64,000 bases of DNA from an uncultured Acidobacteriota bacterium (GTDB taxonomy: Bacteria > Acidobacteriota > UBA6911). The stretch is taken from NCBI GenBank assembly GCA_963843575.1, contig CAWJKZ010000010.1, positions 96,001 to 160,000 on the forward strand, in the 5' to 3' direction. The notes beneath the pieces are model-generated. The model saw only the letters and a list, made by a program, of their open reading frames with translations. It did no database searches and was not told the DNA's origin. Of the stretch, positions 29,211 through 39,068 are shown in pieces. A program made the translations under genes and the position numbers. Positions within the stretch are counted from its first letter, which is position 1. Each line of letters starts with the position of its first letter.

Positions 29211-29906
29211 CTACCTCTCGTCGAGCTTCACGACCTCCACGCCCCTGGGCACCTTGAACTGGAACAGCTTGCCATCGACGCGGATGTTTGCGGCCAGATC
29301 CGTGAGGATGAACTCCGAAGTGTTGCCCGTCAGTTCGTGGATGACGATGCGGCGGATCTCGGAGCTGAGCCCGTCGACTTCCAACACCAGGTGCGCGTAG
29401 TCGCCCTGGGCGCGCGGCACCAACCGCAGGACTCTCGCGCCCCGCTCCCCGGGCCCGGATTCTGTCTCCCAGGAGACGGCGAAGCTTCCGGCGATGTCTC
29501 CCTGGCCGAGCAGGAACTGCAGGGGCGTGCCGTGCAGTTCCGCGGGGCTGTACCTCTGCACCATCACCTGCCGTTCCCCGGGCGTGTACAGGTAGCTCTC
29601 CCGGCCGTCGGCGATGAACAGCTTGGCCTCGGGCGACTTGTACTCCCAGCGCATCAGCCCGGGCTTCTTCATCCAGAAGGCACCCGACTCGGACTGTTCG
29701 ATCCCGGGCGCGCGGTAGTTCTGCCGGAAGTTCCCGCGGATCGTGCTCACCGAACCGTAGCGCTTCTGCAGGGAGGCCACGACGGACCGAAGCCCATCGT
29801 CTTCGCCATACCCCGCCAGTGTATAAAGACAAACGGCGAGCAGGATGTCAGAAGTGAAGACCGTCCATCGTCTGAGGCGCGAATTGTATGAGTACCGGTT
29901 TGCCAA
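29211..29906 (-). CDS. lolA: Outer-membrane lipoprotein carrier protein (start uncertain)
   Basis: GNFRQ, KKPGLMRWEY, FIADG and FQFKVP.GVEVV. Confidence 0.85.
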   Translation of the reverse strand: MANRYSYNSRLRRWTVFTSDILLAVCLYTLAGYGEDDGLRSVVASLQKRYGSVSTIRGNFRQNYRAPGIEQSESGAFWMKKPGLMRWEYKSPEAKLFIADGRESYLYTPGERQVMVQRYSPAELHGTPLQFLLGQGDIAGSFAVSWETESGPGERGARVLRLVPRAQGDYAHLVLEVDGLSSEIRRIVIHELTGNTSEFILTDLAANIRVDGKLFQFKVPRGVEVVKLDER

Positions 29907-29908
29907 GG

Positions 29909-30403
29909 TTATTGACTCTGCAGCTCTTCTTCCAGCTCCGGATTCTTGACCGTATCGATCAAGAGCAGGGCGATTCCGATGCTGATCGCCGAATCGGCGA
30001 CGTTGAACGTGGGCCAGTAGAACGTCTCGCTGTAATGGAACTCGATGAAGTCGACCACGAACCCGTGCACCACCCTGTCGGCGAAATTGCCCAGGATGCC
30101 GCCCATCGTGATGGCGAGAGCCACCTGCAGCAACACCCGGTGGTTCGGCATGCGGGTGCTGTACACGAGGATGACCGCCACGGCCACCACCGCCATGGCG
30201 GCCAGCACGTACGGCTTCCAGACCGACTGAAAATCGGCGAACAGGCCGAAAGCGACGCCGGTGTTGCGCACGTAGGAGAGGCGGAGCAGATTCGGGACGA
30301 GCTCGATCGCTTCGTGGAGGTCCATGCGGGAGCGAACCAGCCACTTGGTGAGGTGATCGAGGATCAGGACCCCCGCGGCCAGGAGATAGAATCTGCTTTT
30401 CAT
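29909..30403 (-). CDS. lspA: Lipoprotein signal peptidase (alternative start 30427)
   Basis: D.LTK, NTGVAFG, GN..DR, VVDFI and FNVAD. Confidence 0.93.
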   Translation of the reverse strand: MKSRFYLLAAGVLILDHLTKWLVRSRMDLHEAIELVPNLLRLSYVRNTGVAFGLFADFQSVWKPYVLAAMAVVAVAVILVYSTRMPNHRVLLQVALAITMGGILGNFADRVVHGFVVDFIEFHYSETFYWPTFNVADSAISIGIALLLIDTVKNPELEEELQSQ

Positions 30404-30423
30404 TGAAGACCGGTCCGGCTCGC

Positions 30424-33234
30424 TCAAGCCGTTTCCCTGACAATGGGCAAACAGCGTTCGCAGAGGATGGGGATGTCAGGGTCGCTGCCGACCTGGACGG
30501 AATAGTTCCAGCAGCGCTCGCACTTTTCGCCTTCGGCGGGGGAGACCGTCGATCGCAGCGGGGCGTCGTTCCCGGCGGCTTCCTCGACGTGCACCTGAGA
30601 CACGATGAAAATATACCTCAGATCGTCCGCATGACGCCGGAGCAATGCGGCCGTGTCGGGCCCGGAGGAAACCGTGACCTGCGCGTCCAGGGAGTTGCCG
30701 ATCGCGCGAGTCTGGCGCACCTCCTCGAGCGATTTCGAAACCACCTCTCTGACCTGCATGAGCTGGTCCCACTCGCGCAGCAGGTCGTCCCGGTCGTGAG
30801 CCGGGTTGTACTCGGGAAACAGTAGCGTGTGCACCGATTCGGCGCTGGGCCCGGGCTGCCCGCCCTGGTGCAATGACCGATACACTTCCTCAGCCGTAAA
30901 CGGGAGGATGGGGGCCATCAGGCGCATCACAGCATCCAGGATGTGCCGGAGCGCGGTCTGGGCCGAGCGCCGGGCGAGGGAGCGGGTGCCGGACGTGTAA
31001 AGCCGGTCCTTAAGGACATCGAAGTAAAACGCGGACATGTCGACCGTACAGAAGTTGTAGAGGGCCGTATACGCTTGCTGGAACTGGTAGTCTTCATATC
31101 CTTTGACGCATTTCTGGACGAGGCGCGCGGTCTTGGCCAGGGCCCAGCGATCGATCTCCAGCATTTCCTCGTAGGGGACGCCGTCGCGGGCCGGATCGAA
31201 CTGCGGGCGCGCCTTGTCGAGCTGATTGCTCAGGTTACCCAGCATGAAACGGCAGGTGTTGCGGATCTTCCGGTAAGCTTCCCCGAGACGGTCGAGCAGC
31301 TCGTCGAAGATGCGGACGTCCTCGACGTAGCTGACCGAACTGATCAGCAGGCGCGCGACCTCCGCGCCACGCTTGTCCACCAACTCGTTCGGGTCGATGC
31401 CGATCCCCTTGGACTTGGACATGGCGCGACCCAGTTCGTCCAGCATCCACCCGTGCGTGATCGACGCCCTGTACGGGGCGGTCCCGCAGAGGGCGACCCC
31501 GATCAGGAGGGAGCTCTGGAACCAGCCTCGGTACTGGTCGCCCCCCTCGATGTACAGGTCGGCGGGCCAGGGCAGGTCGGGACGCTTGCCGAGCGTCGCG
31601 AGGTGGCTGCTCCCCGAGTCGAACCACACGTCGAGGATGTCAAACTCCTTGCGGAAGTCGGTCCCGCCGCACTTGGCGCAGGCGGTCCCGGCCGGGACCA
31701 GTTCCCTGGATTCCCGTGCGTACCACGCGTCGGCGCCCTCGACGTCGAAAATCGAGGCGACGTGTTCGATGACTTTCCTGTCCAGAAGCGCCTCGCCGCA
31801 ACCCGCACAGTAGAAGGCAACAATAGGCACGCCCCAGTCGCGCTGGCGCGAGATACACCAGTCGGGGCGGTCGCGCACCATGTTCCCGATGCGCTCCTCG
31901 CCCCAGGACGGGATCCAACGGACCTTCCGGATCGCGTCGAGCACTCTCTGGCGATAGCCGGCGTGGTCGAGCGAGATAAACCACTGGGGCGTGGCACGAA
32001 ACACAATCGGATTGTGGCAGCGCCAGCAGTGGGGGTAGGTGTGCCCGAAGTTCTCGACGTGGAGCAACGCGCCGATGTTTTTGAGGTGTTCCACGATCAG
32101 CGGGTTCGCCTCGAGCACCTGCATACCGCCGAACCGCTCGACGTCGGGGGTGAACCGGGCCTTGTCGTCGACCGGGCAAAGGATGTCGAGCCCGTACTTC
32201 ACGCCCGTCACGTAGTCGTCGTAACCGTGCCCCGGCGCGGTGTGAACCGCGCCCGTCCCCGCTTCGAGCGTGACATAGTCGGCCAGCACGAGCAGCGATG
32301 ACCGATCGATGAACGGGTGGCGCGCCTTTTTCAGGTCCAGCAACCTGCCGCGGAACCGGGCAACCTCGACCGGCTCGTTCCACCCGAGCTTTGCGGCCAC
32401 CGCCTTGAGCAGTTCTGTGGCGACGATGAACCCTTTGCCGCCGACCCGAACCGCCGAGTATTCGTAGTCGGGGTGGAATGCGATCGCAAGATTCGCCGGG
32501 AGCGTCCAGGGCGTGGTGGTCCAGATCACTATCGACCAGTCTTGCCCACCGAGAGCCGGATTCACGTCCGAGAGGTCCGACACGACCGGAAAGGCCACGT
32601 ATACCGAGGGACTCGTGTGGTCTTCGTATTCCACCTCCGCCTCGGCGAGGGCGGTACCGCACGAAAAACACCAGTGCACAGGCTTCAGCCCCTTGTAGAC
32701 CAGCCCCTTTTCCACAAACTTGCCGAACGCGCGCGCGATGTCGGCCTCGTAGCCGAAGCTCATGGTGGTGTACGGTTTCGACCACTCGCCGAATACTTCG
32801 AGGCGTTTGAACCCGTCGCGCTGCACGTCGATGAACTTCTCCGCGTACTTGCGGCACTCGCGGCGGATCGCAACCTTGTTCATGGCCGCCTTCTTCGGCC
32901 CGAGCATCTGATCCACGCGGATCTCGATCGGCAGCCCGTGGCAGTCCCAGCCGGGGACGTATGGGGCGTCGAATCCCATCATACTGCGGGACTTCACGAT
33001 GATGTCCTTCAGGATCTTGTTCGTGGCCGTGCCCATGTGGATCGCACCGTTGGCGTAGGGTGGACCGTCGTGCAGCACATAGGACGGGCAACCCGCCCGG
33101 GCCGCCCGGATCTTGCCGTACACGTCGATCTGCTCCCAGTGCTTGAGCATCTCCGGTTCGCGCTGGGGAAGGTTGGCCTTCATCGGGAAAGACGTCTTGG
33201 GCAGGTTTATGGTGTTCTTCAGATCAAGGGCCAC
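30424..33234 (-). CDS. ileS: Isoleucine--tRNA ligase (type 1)
   Basis: [32 protein letters not shown] and C-terminal CERC..CERC; AGGAG before the GTG. Confidence 0.96.
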   Translation of the reverse strand: MALDLKNTINLPKTSFPMKANLPQREPEMLKHWEQIDVYGKIRAARAGCPSYVLHDGPPYANGAIHMGTATNKILKDIIVKSRSMMGFDAPYVPGWDCHGLPIEIRVDQMLGPKKAAMNKVAIRRECRKYAEKFIDVQRDGFKRLEVFGEWSKPYTTMSFGYEADIARAFGKFVEKGLVYKGLKPVHWCFSCGTALAEAEVEYEDHTSPSVYVAFPVVSDLSDVNPALGGQDWSIVIWTTTPWTLPANLAIAFHPDYEYSAVRVGGKGFIVATELLKAVAAKLGWNEPVEVARFRGRLLDLKKARHPFIDRSSLLVLADYVTLEAGTGAVHTAPGHGYDDYVTGVKYGLDILCPVDDKARFTPDVERFGGMQVLEANPLIVEHLKNIGALLHVENFGHTYPHCWRCHNPIVFRATPQWFISLDHAGYRQRVLDAIRKVRWIPSWGEERIGNMVRDRPDWCISRQRDWGVPIVAFYCAGCGEALLDRKVIEHVASIFDVEGADAWYARESRELVPAGTACAKCGGTDFRKEFDILDVWFDSGSSHLATLGKRPDLPWPADLYIEGGDQYRGWFQSSLLIGVALCGTAPYRASITHGWMLDELGRAMSKSKGIGIDPNELVDKRGAEVARLLISSVSYVEDVRIFDELLDRLGEAYRKIRNTCRFMLGNLSNQLDKARPQFDPARDGVPYEEMLEIDRWALAKTARLVQKCVKGYEDYQFQQAYTALYNFCTVDMSAFYFDVLKDRLYTSGTRSLARRSAQTALRHILDAVMRLMAPILPFTAEEVYRSLHQGGQPGPSAESVHTLLFPEYNPAHDRDDLLREWDQLMQVREVVSKSLEEVRQTRAIGNSLDAQVTVSSGPDTAALLRRHADDLRYIFIVSQVHVEEAAGNDAPLRSTVSPAEGEKCERCWNYSVQVGSDPDIPILCERCLPIVRETA

Positions 33235-33306
33235 GGTATCTCCTGAGAGAAAATCGCTATGATACAAAAAACCGCCGCCGAATTACACAATATGGAGTAC
33301 ACCGCG

Positions 33307-33343
33307 CCTTCCGGCTTCCCGTGGCTTCCGGCTTCCGGCTTCC
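33307..33343. repeat. Heptamer tandem repeat (GGAAGCC units on the minus strand)
   Basis: CTTCCGGCTTCCCGTGGCTTCCGGCTTCCGGCTTCCG between tonB and ileS. Confidence 0.6.
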
Positions 33344-33350
33344 GTTTCTC

Positions 33351-34184
33351 TCAGTAGAGCCTGAAGGACACTTCGATGTTGGCCTGAACGTCGACTGGCT
33401 GGCCGTTGAGGGTGCCGGGCTTGAAGCGCCACTTCGTGGCGATGGTGTTGATCGCGGACTCGTCCAGCCCGTAACCCAGGCCGCGGATAACCTTGAAGCT
33501 GTCGACCGAACCGTCCTTGCGGATGATCGCCTGCAGCAGCACAAGGCCCTCCACGCGGGCTTTGCGCGCATCTTCCGTATATAGGGGAAGGGGCTGGAAG
33601 ATGACGGTAGGGGCCTTCACCCCACCGCCGACGCCGTAAACGCCGTCGCCGGGTCCGCCCGGACCGTTGCCGACGCCCGGACCGCGGCTGTTGCCGCCCA
33701 GACCGCCCGTGCCTGGGGGAGCGTTGATGTCCCCGATGCTCAACTCGTTGCCGATCTGCGCGACGATCTGAGGGGCCGGGTCGGGGACTGTCTGATAGAG
33801 GGGCTCGGGATCGTCGGGGGTGGGATCGGGAAAGGGGAGCGGCTGCGGTTTCGGTTTAGGCACCTCCAGTTTTTTCGGGGCGGTCTTCGGCTGGCCGCCG
33901 CCCGCCATGGAAGGAGGGCCGGCCAGGTTGCGCAGCGTGATCAACTGCCTGTTGTCGGGTATGAAGACGCCTGTCGTGGTGGCGAACCTGAGGACGAAGA
34001 GCAGGATGTGGAAAACCAGGGCAAAGAACATCGCGACCCGCAGCGCCCGCTTGTCGTCGGGATCGTCCGAATCGAGGTAGATGTTGTACGGGTCCACGAG
34101 GCGCGCCCCTGTCGTGTAGGGCCGCAACCCGAAGAATTTCATGAATCGGTCTGAGAACCTGTCCCAGTTTTCCCTTAAGCTCAT
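33351..34184 (-). CDS. tonB: TonB-family energy transducer
   Basis: TM with His (FHILL), Pro/Gly-rich linker and TonB_C (YTEDARKARVEG...WRFKPG...V.F). Confidence 0.85.
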   Translation of the reverse strand: MSLRENWDRFSDRFMKFFGLRPYTTGARLVDPYNIYLDSDDPDDKRALRVAMFFALVFHILLFVLRFATTTGVFIPDNRQLITLRNLAGPPSMAGGGQPKTAPKKLEVPKPKPQPLPFPDPTPDDPEPLYQTVPDPAPQIVAQIGNELSIGDINAPPGTGGLGGNSRGPGVGNGPGGPGDGVYGVGGGVKAPTVIFQPLPLYTEDARKARVEGLVLLQAIIRKDGSVDSFKVIRGLGYGLDESAINTIATKWRFKPGTLNGQPVDVQANIEVSFRLY

Positions 34185-34509
34185 AGTCTCAATATTAGGT
34201 GCCGGAACCATCTGGATCAAGCAAACCGTGATCCTGCATCCTACTAGACGCGTGCCACGCTCAATGGTTTCATCATATTTTCAGGATTTGCCGTGTTTGG
34301 CAAGCCGATTCACTGCCGCCTGACAAATCCGCATCTCTAAGTGGAAAAAACAACTTGCTGTGCGCACCTGTTCCGGTGTGCTAGGATTCGAGGCGCCTGC
34401 GGGCGGCAGGCCTCGAGGTGCCATCCCGGCGGATGCCAAAACGCCAGGTCAGGACGGGAGCGGGACGCGCCGGGGCATTGACTCTTCCTCCAGCCGAAGG
34501 AGAAGGTTT

Positions 34510-36537
34510 ATGGCAGACGTGAAAAGCTCGGGAGGCGGCGGGCTCCATTACAGGCCCTATGTCCCTCCGGAAACCACCATGACGGAGTTCAGCGGGCTGG
34601 CCCTCCTCTACGGCCTGGTGATGTCAGTCATCCTCGGCGCAGCGAACGCCTACCTCGGGTTGAAGGCCGGCATGACGATCGCCGCGACGTATCCGGCCGC
34701 CGTCATAAGCATGGCGCTGCTGCGCATAACCAAGGGGAGCATCCTCGAGGAGAACATCGCCCGCACGATCGGCTCGATCGGGGAATCGGTCGCCGCCGGC
34801 GCGATCTTCACGATCCCCGCCTTCATCATCTCGGGGGTCTGGAACAACCTCGAGGAGCACTACTGGGAAGCCACCGCGATCATGATGGTCGGCGGTATCA
34901 TGGGCGTCCTGTTCGTGACAATGCTGCGGCGCGTCATGGTTGAGGACGTCGAACTCCCGTACCCGGAGTCGGTGGCTGCCGGCGAGATCCACAAGGCGGG
35001 CAGGGCGGGGGGAACCGGGGCGCTCTACCTTGTCGTGGCCGGGGTCATCGGCGCGGCCATCCAAAGCCTGAAGCAGATGAACCTGTTCGCCTCGTCGTGG
35101 GAAAAATTCGTGGGCTTCAAGCGGGGAGGCGTTGTCCTGGGACGCGGGGGGGCGACCCTGCCGGGCAGCGGCGGCATCGTGCTGTCGAGCCCGGGGGTGA
35201 GCCCGGCCTACATCGGGGTCGGCTACATCATCGGGCCGCGGCTCGCCTCGCTGAACTTCGCGGGCGGACTGCTGGCGTGGGGTCTGTTCGTGCCGCTGCT
35301 CCTGTATCTCCTCGGCCCGACCCTGAACCTGTCCGGGACGGGCGGCGACACCGAGGCGTCCTGGCTTGCCCAGGCGACGACGCTGTGGCGCTACATCGTG
35401 CGGCCGATCGCAATCGGAGGCATGCTGATGAGCGCCGTCTACACTCTGTGGCGCATGAGGAAGAATCTCACCGGCGGCATGAAGCGTTCGATCTCCGACG
35501 TGCGCAAGGCGGCAGCGGGCGCGGCGCAAGTCGACCGCACCGAGCAGGACCTGAGCTTTCGTTCGGTCATCATCGGCATCAGCATCGCCGCCGTCTGCAC
35601 GTTTTTCCTCTACAACCACTTCAGCCGGAACGTTGGGGCGGCCATCACCGCGACCGTGGTGATGATCGTCGCGGGGTTTTTCTTCGCGGCCGTTTCCGCG
35701 TATCTGGTGGGGATGATCGGCTCCAGCAACAACCCGATCAGCGGCCTCACCCTTTCCACCGTGATCATCGCCGCCCTCCTGATGGTCGCGCTCGGCCAGA
35801 CAGGGACGGCGGGCATCGCCGCGGTGCTCGGCGTGGCGGGCGTCATCTGCGTGTCGGCGGCCGTCGCGGGCGAAATGCTGCAGGACCTCAAGGTCGGGCA
35901 CATCCTCGGGGGCACCCCCTGGAAGATGCAGGTCGGCGACCTGATCGGCACCGTCGTCGCATCGGCGGCGATGTTCTACCCCATCCTGGTGCTTCACCAG
36001 GGAGACATCAAGGCCAACGGCACGGGACTGGGCGGAGCAAACCTTCCGGCCCCTCAGGCCAGCCTCATGGCGCTCGTGTCGCAGGGTATCGTCGGCGGCG
36101 ACATGGCGTGGCCGCTGATAGGGGTCGGGATCCTGATGGCCGTCGGGTTCATCCTCGTTCAGGTGCGCAGCCCGATGCTCGTGTGCGTCGGGATGTATCT
36201 GCCGCTCGAGACCACCTTCGCCATCTTCATCGGCGGCGTCATCCGCGGCATCGTGGACAAGATGGCGGACGCGAGGCGGTTCAACGCCGCACAGAAAGTC
36301 AGGGTGGAGAACAACGGCGTCCTCTGCGCCGCGGGGTTGATCGCCGGCGAAGCCCTGGTGGGCCTTGTGTTTGCGGCGCTCTACTTCTACGAGATCCCGG
36401 TCTACAGCTTCTTTGATCGACCGTCGTTCGTCGGCAGCCTATGCGTTTTCGCCATCGTCGCCTTCGTGCTGACCGCGATCCCGCTGCGCAACGCGGGCAA
36501 CCCGGACGAACCGGCGCCGCCCAGCGCGATGGCCTGA
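34510..36537 (+). CDS. OPT-family oligopeptide transporter
   Basis: ANAYLGLKAG, ENIA, LPYPE, GSSNNPISG, LQDLKVG and LPAPQA; many TMs. Confidence 0.92.
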   Translation: MADVKSSGGGGLHYRPYVPPETTMTEFSGLALLYGLVMSVILGAANAYLGLKAGMTIAATYPAAVISMALLRITKGSILEENIARTIGSIGESVAAGAIFTIPAFIISGVWNNLEEHYWEATAIMMVGGIMGVLFVTMLRRVMVEDVELPYPESVAAGEIHKAGRAGGTGALYLVVAGVIGAAIQSLKQMNLFASSWEKFVGFKRGGVVLGRGGATLPGSGGIVLSSPGVSPAYIGVGYIIGPRLASLNFAGGLLAWGLFVPLLLYLLGPTLNLSGTGGDTEASWLAQATTLWRYIVRPIAIGGMLMSAVYTLWRMRKNLTGGMKRSISDVRKAAAGAAQVDRTEQDLSFRSVIIGISIAAVCTFFLYNHFSRNVGAAITATVVMIVAGFFFAAVSAYLVGMIGSSNNPISGLTLSTVIIAALLMVALGQTGTAGIAAVLGVAGVICVSAAVAGEMLQDLKVGHILGGTPWKMQVGDLIGTVVASAAMFYPILVLHQGDIKANGTGLGGANLPAPQASLMALVSQGIVGGDMAWPLIGVGILMAVGFILVQVRSPMLVCVGMYLPLETTFAIFIGGVIRGIVDKMADARRFNAAQKVRVENNGVLCAAGLIAGEALVGLVFAALYFYEIPVYSFFDRPSFVGSLCVFAIVAFVLTAIPLRNAGNPDEPAPPSAMA

Positions 36538-36547
36538 CCGAACCTCG

Positions 36548-36892
36548 ATGAACCGAACCAGGGGCGAACCCCTCAACCTGCTGGAACTCAAACCCAGCCG
36601 GAGTTTGGAGTGGGAGGACAACGCGGACGGCGAAGTCGTGCTGCTGGTCCCTAAATTCAGTGCGCCGCTCCTCCGCCGATGGCTTTTGCCCCTGTTGCCG
36701 ACCCCGGCGTTCCGGGTCAAACTGGACTCGTTCGGCACCTTCGTCTGGCGGCGCTGCGACGGGGTCACCCCGGTCTCCGAAATAGCGGCACAACTGAGCC
36801 GGAGGTTCGGTCCCGGCGTCGAACCCCTGTACGAGCGCATCGAGGTGTTCCTCAGGAAGCTCCAGCAGAACGGATTCATCACGATCGACTGA
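36548..36892 (+). CDS. Stand-alone PqqD-family / RRE-like protein
   Basis: VKLDSFGTFVWRRCDG..PVSEI...L...F and FLRKLQQNGFI match the PqqD winged-helix pattern. Confidence 0.8.
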   Translation: MNRTRGEPLNLLELKPSRSLEWEDNADGEVVLLVPKFSAPLLRRWLLPLLPTPAFRVKLDSFGTFVWRRCDGVTPVSEIAAQLSRRFGPGVEPLYERIEVFLRKLQQNGFITID

Positions 36893-36913
36893 TCTACACA
36901 CGAGGGTGCAACC

Positions 36914-38362
36914 ATGCCTAACCCAATCGAAGGCCTGAAACCGCAGATTGTCTGGAAGTACTTCGCCCAGATCGCCCGCATCCCGCGCGGGTCAAAGAAC
37001 GAGGCGGCGATCTCGAACTACCTGGTCGAAACGGCACGCAGTCTCGGCCTGGAGGTCTCCACGGACCCCGTCGGGAACGTCATCGTCAGGAAAGCCGCCT
37101 CCGAGGGGCGCGAGGGCGTGCGCAGCATCTGCCTGCAGTGCCACATGGATATGGTCTGTGAGAAAAACAAGGACAAGACGCACAATTTCGAGAAGGACCC
37201 GATCGAAATCGTGCGCCGCGACAACGTGCTGTGCGCAAACGGGACGACCCTCGGGGCGGACAACGGCATCGGGGTCGCCGCCAATCTGGCCCTCATGGAG
37301 GACAAGACGCTCCCGCACGGCCCCCTCGAGTTCCTGTTCACCGTCGACGAGGAGACCGGCCTGACCGGCGCCAACAACCTGCTGCCGGACTTCGTCCGCA
37401 GCCGCACCCTGATCAACCTCGATTCCGAGGAGGAGGGGTCGCTCTTCGTCGGCTGCTCCGGGGGCAAGGACACCAAGGCACGCTGGGCGGTCGAGTTCGA
37501 ACCCGCGCCTCCCGGACATGCGGCCCTGCAAATTGCCGTTCGCGGCCTTCGCGGCGGGCATTCCGGCCTGGAGATTGACAAGGGCCGAGGCAACGCGATA
37601 AAGCTCCTGACGCGGGTCCTGGCCCGGCTCTCGGAACTGGGCTGCCGCATCTCCAGCCTCTCGGGTGGGAACAAGCACAACGCCATCCCCCGGGAGAGCG
37701 AGGCCACCGTATTGGTCCCGAAGATCAACCTGGACCAGGCCTGCTCCGCCATCGAACGGCTCCAGAGTGTCCTCGGGTCGGAGATTGCCACGGTCGATCC
37801 CGACCTCGGCATCTCGTTCAACAGGCTCAAGGGCACGCGCAGGATACTCAAGCGGACCCAGCAGAAGAAGATACTGCAGGCCCTGACGGCCGTACCTCAC
37901 GGGGTCGTCAGGATGAGCGCCGACCTCCCGGGCCTAGTCGAGACCTCGACAAACCTGGCGGTCGTCGCCACCGGGAGGAAGGACGTGCTGGTCGTCACCA
38001 GCCAGAGGAGCTCCGTCGCGTCCGAGCTGGAGGACATCGCCCACGTCGTCAAGACGGTGTTCGAGATGGCCGGGGCCGAGGTCGCCGTCGGTGACGGCTA
38101 TCCCGGATGGAAACCCAACATGCAGTCGGAAATACTCGGGGTGGCGCAGCGCACCTACGAGGAGGTGTTCGGGAAAGCACCCGAGGTGCGGGCAATCCAC
38201 GCGGGGCTGGAGTGCGGCATCATCGGGGAGAAGTACGCGGGTATGGACATGGTCTCGTTCGGCCCCACCCTCGAAGGCGTGCACTCGCCCGACGAGAAGA
38301 TCTACCTGGACACCGTCGACCGCTTCTGGACCTACCTCACCGCCTTACTCCGCAACGCCTGA
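36914..38362 (+). CDS. pepD: Aminoacyl-histidine dipeptidase (M20C)
   Basis: HMDMV, TTLGADNGIG, DEETG, NLDSE, GGHSG, IHAGLECG and HSPDE. Confidence 0.93.
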   Translation: MPNPIEGLKPQIVWKYFAQIARIPRGSKNEAAISNYLVETARSLGLEVSTDPVGNVIVRKAASEGREGVRSICLQCHMDMVCEKNKDKTHNFEKDPIEIVRRDNVLCANGTTLGADNGIGVAANLALMEDKTLPHGPLEFLFTVDEETGLTGANNLLPDFVRSRTLINLDSEEEGSLFVGCSGGKDTKARWAVEFEPAPPGHAALQIAVRGLRGGHSGLEIDKGRGNAIKLLTRVLARLSELGCRISSLSGGNKHNAIPRESEATVLVPKINLDQACSAIERLQSVLGSEIATVDPDLGISFNRLKGTRRILKRTQQKKILQALTAVPHGVVRMSADLPGLVETSTNLAVVATGRKDVLVVTSQRSSVASELEDIAHVVKTVFEMAGAEVAVGDGYPGWKPNMQSEILGVAQRTYEEVFGKAPEVRAIHAGLECGIIGEKYAGMDMVSFGPTLEGVHSPDEKIYLDTVDRFWTYLTALLRNA

Positions 38363-38448
38363 AGCAATCCCCGGAGCCGGCCGCCGACGACGTTGGCGAC
38401 CGGCTTCGTTGTCGAGACCCCTCGCTCCTCCAAAACGCGCGCCCGAAG

Positions 38449-38477
38449 TTGACAGGCTGGTTCCCTGATTTTATTAA
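38449..38477 (+). promoter_or_regulatory. Sigma70-type promoter of the first hsp20
   Basis: TTGACA-17 bp-TATTAA, then AAGGAGGAG RBS. Confidence 0.7.
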
Positions 38478-38498
38478 GTCGGCGAAAGGAGGAGCACA

Positions 38499-38960
38499 AT
38501 GACCGTCAAGTTGAGCACCCAGACAAACCCGACTCAGCGGCAAGGGACTTTCCCGGCGTCACCCTTCAGGCTTTTCGAGGACTTCTTCAACGACTGGGCC
38601 CTCAAGACCGCCCAAACAAGGACTTCGGACGATCTCCGGCCGGCCGTCGACGTCATCGAGAAAAACGGCAACATCGTCCTGCGCGCCGAGGTGCCCGGGC
38701 TCAGTGAACAGGACCTAGACCTGCGGATCGAAGGGTCGGTCCTGACAATCCGAGGGGAGAGGAAGCAGGAACCCGAAGCCGAAGGCTACGCCTACCACCA
38801 GGTCGAGGGCTTCTACGGCACCTTCAGCCGTTCGTTCACACTGCCCCAGTCCGCCGACGTCACGCAGATCGACGCAACCTGCAGGAATGGCGTCCTGACT
38901 GTCACCATTCCGCAAAAGCCCGAAACCCAGCCGCGCACCATCAAGGTAGCAGCTAGATAA
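38499..38960 (+). CDS. Hsp20/alpha-crystallin family protein
   Basis: PAVDV, AEVPG, LTIRGERK, YGTFSRSFTLP and NGVLTVTIP. Confidence 0.92.
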   Translation: MTVKLSTQTNPTQRQGTFPASPFRLFEDFFNDWALKTAQTRTSDDLRPAVDVIEKNGNIVLRAEVPGLSEQDLDLRIEGSVLTIRGERKQEPEAEGYAYHQVEGFYGTFSRSFTLPQSADVTQIDATCRNGVLTVTIPQKPETQPRTIKVAAR

Positions 38961-39003
38961 TTCCCTGAATGTCAATGGTTTTCAGGATAATCTCGCCCGC
39001 GCT

Positions 39004-39032
39004 TTGACAATGGTCAACTAAGATTTTATATA
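39004..39032 (+). promoter_or_regulatory. Sigma70-type promoter of the second hsp20, overlapped by a palindrome
   Basis: TTGACA-17 bp-TATATA; TTGAC-N4-GTCAA at 39004-39017. Confidence 0.65.
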
Positions 39033-39068
39033 AAGAACGTGCTAAGGAAACAAGGGAGGGTGAGTGAG

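Noticed and set aside
28318-30443. Apparent long N-terminal extensions or fusions of suhB (504 aa) and lolA (410 aa)
   Set aside because: The extensions overlap lolA and lspA in other frames; they are artefacts of choosing the longest ORF
33025-33045. IleRS HMGT and AMSKS variants as a sign of inactivation or mupirocin resistance
   Set aside because: Within normal variation of class I signature motifs; the gene is a full-length type-1 IleRS in the usual ileS-lspA context
34441-34466. SRP-RNA-like CGCCAGG...GGGAGC segment
   Set aside because: The apical CC-GGAA-GG stem-loop and the AGCA motif are not intact
36548-36892. PQQ or RiPP biosynthetic cluster
   Set aside because: No pqqABCE, modifying enzyme or precursor peptide nearby
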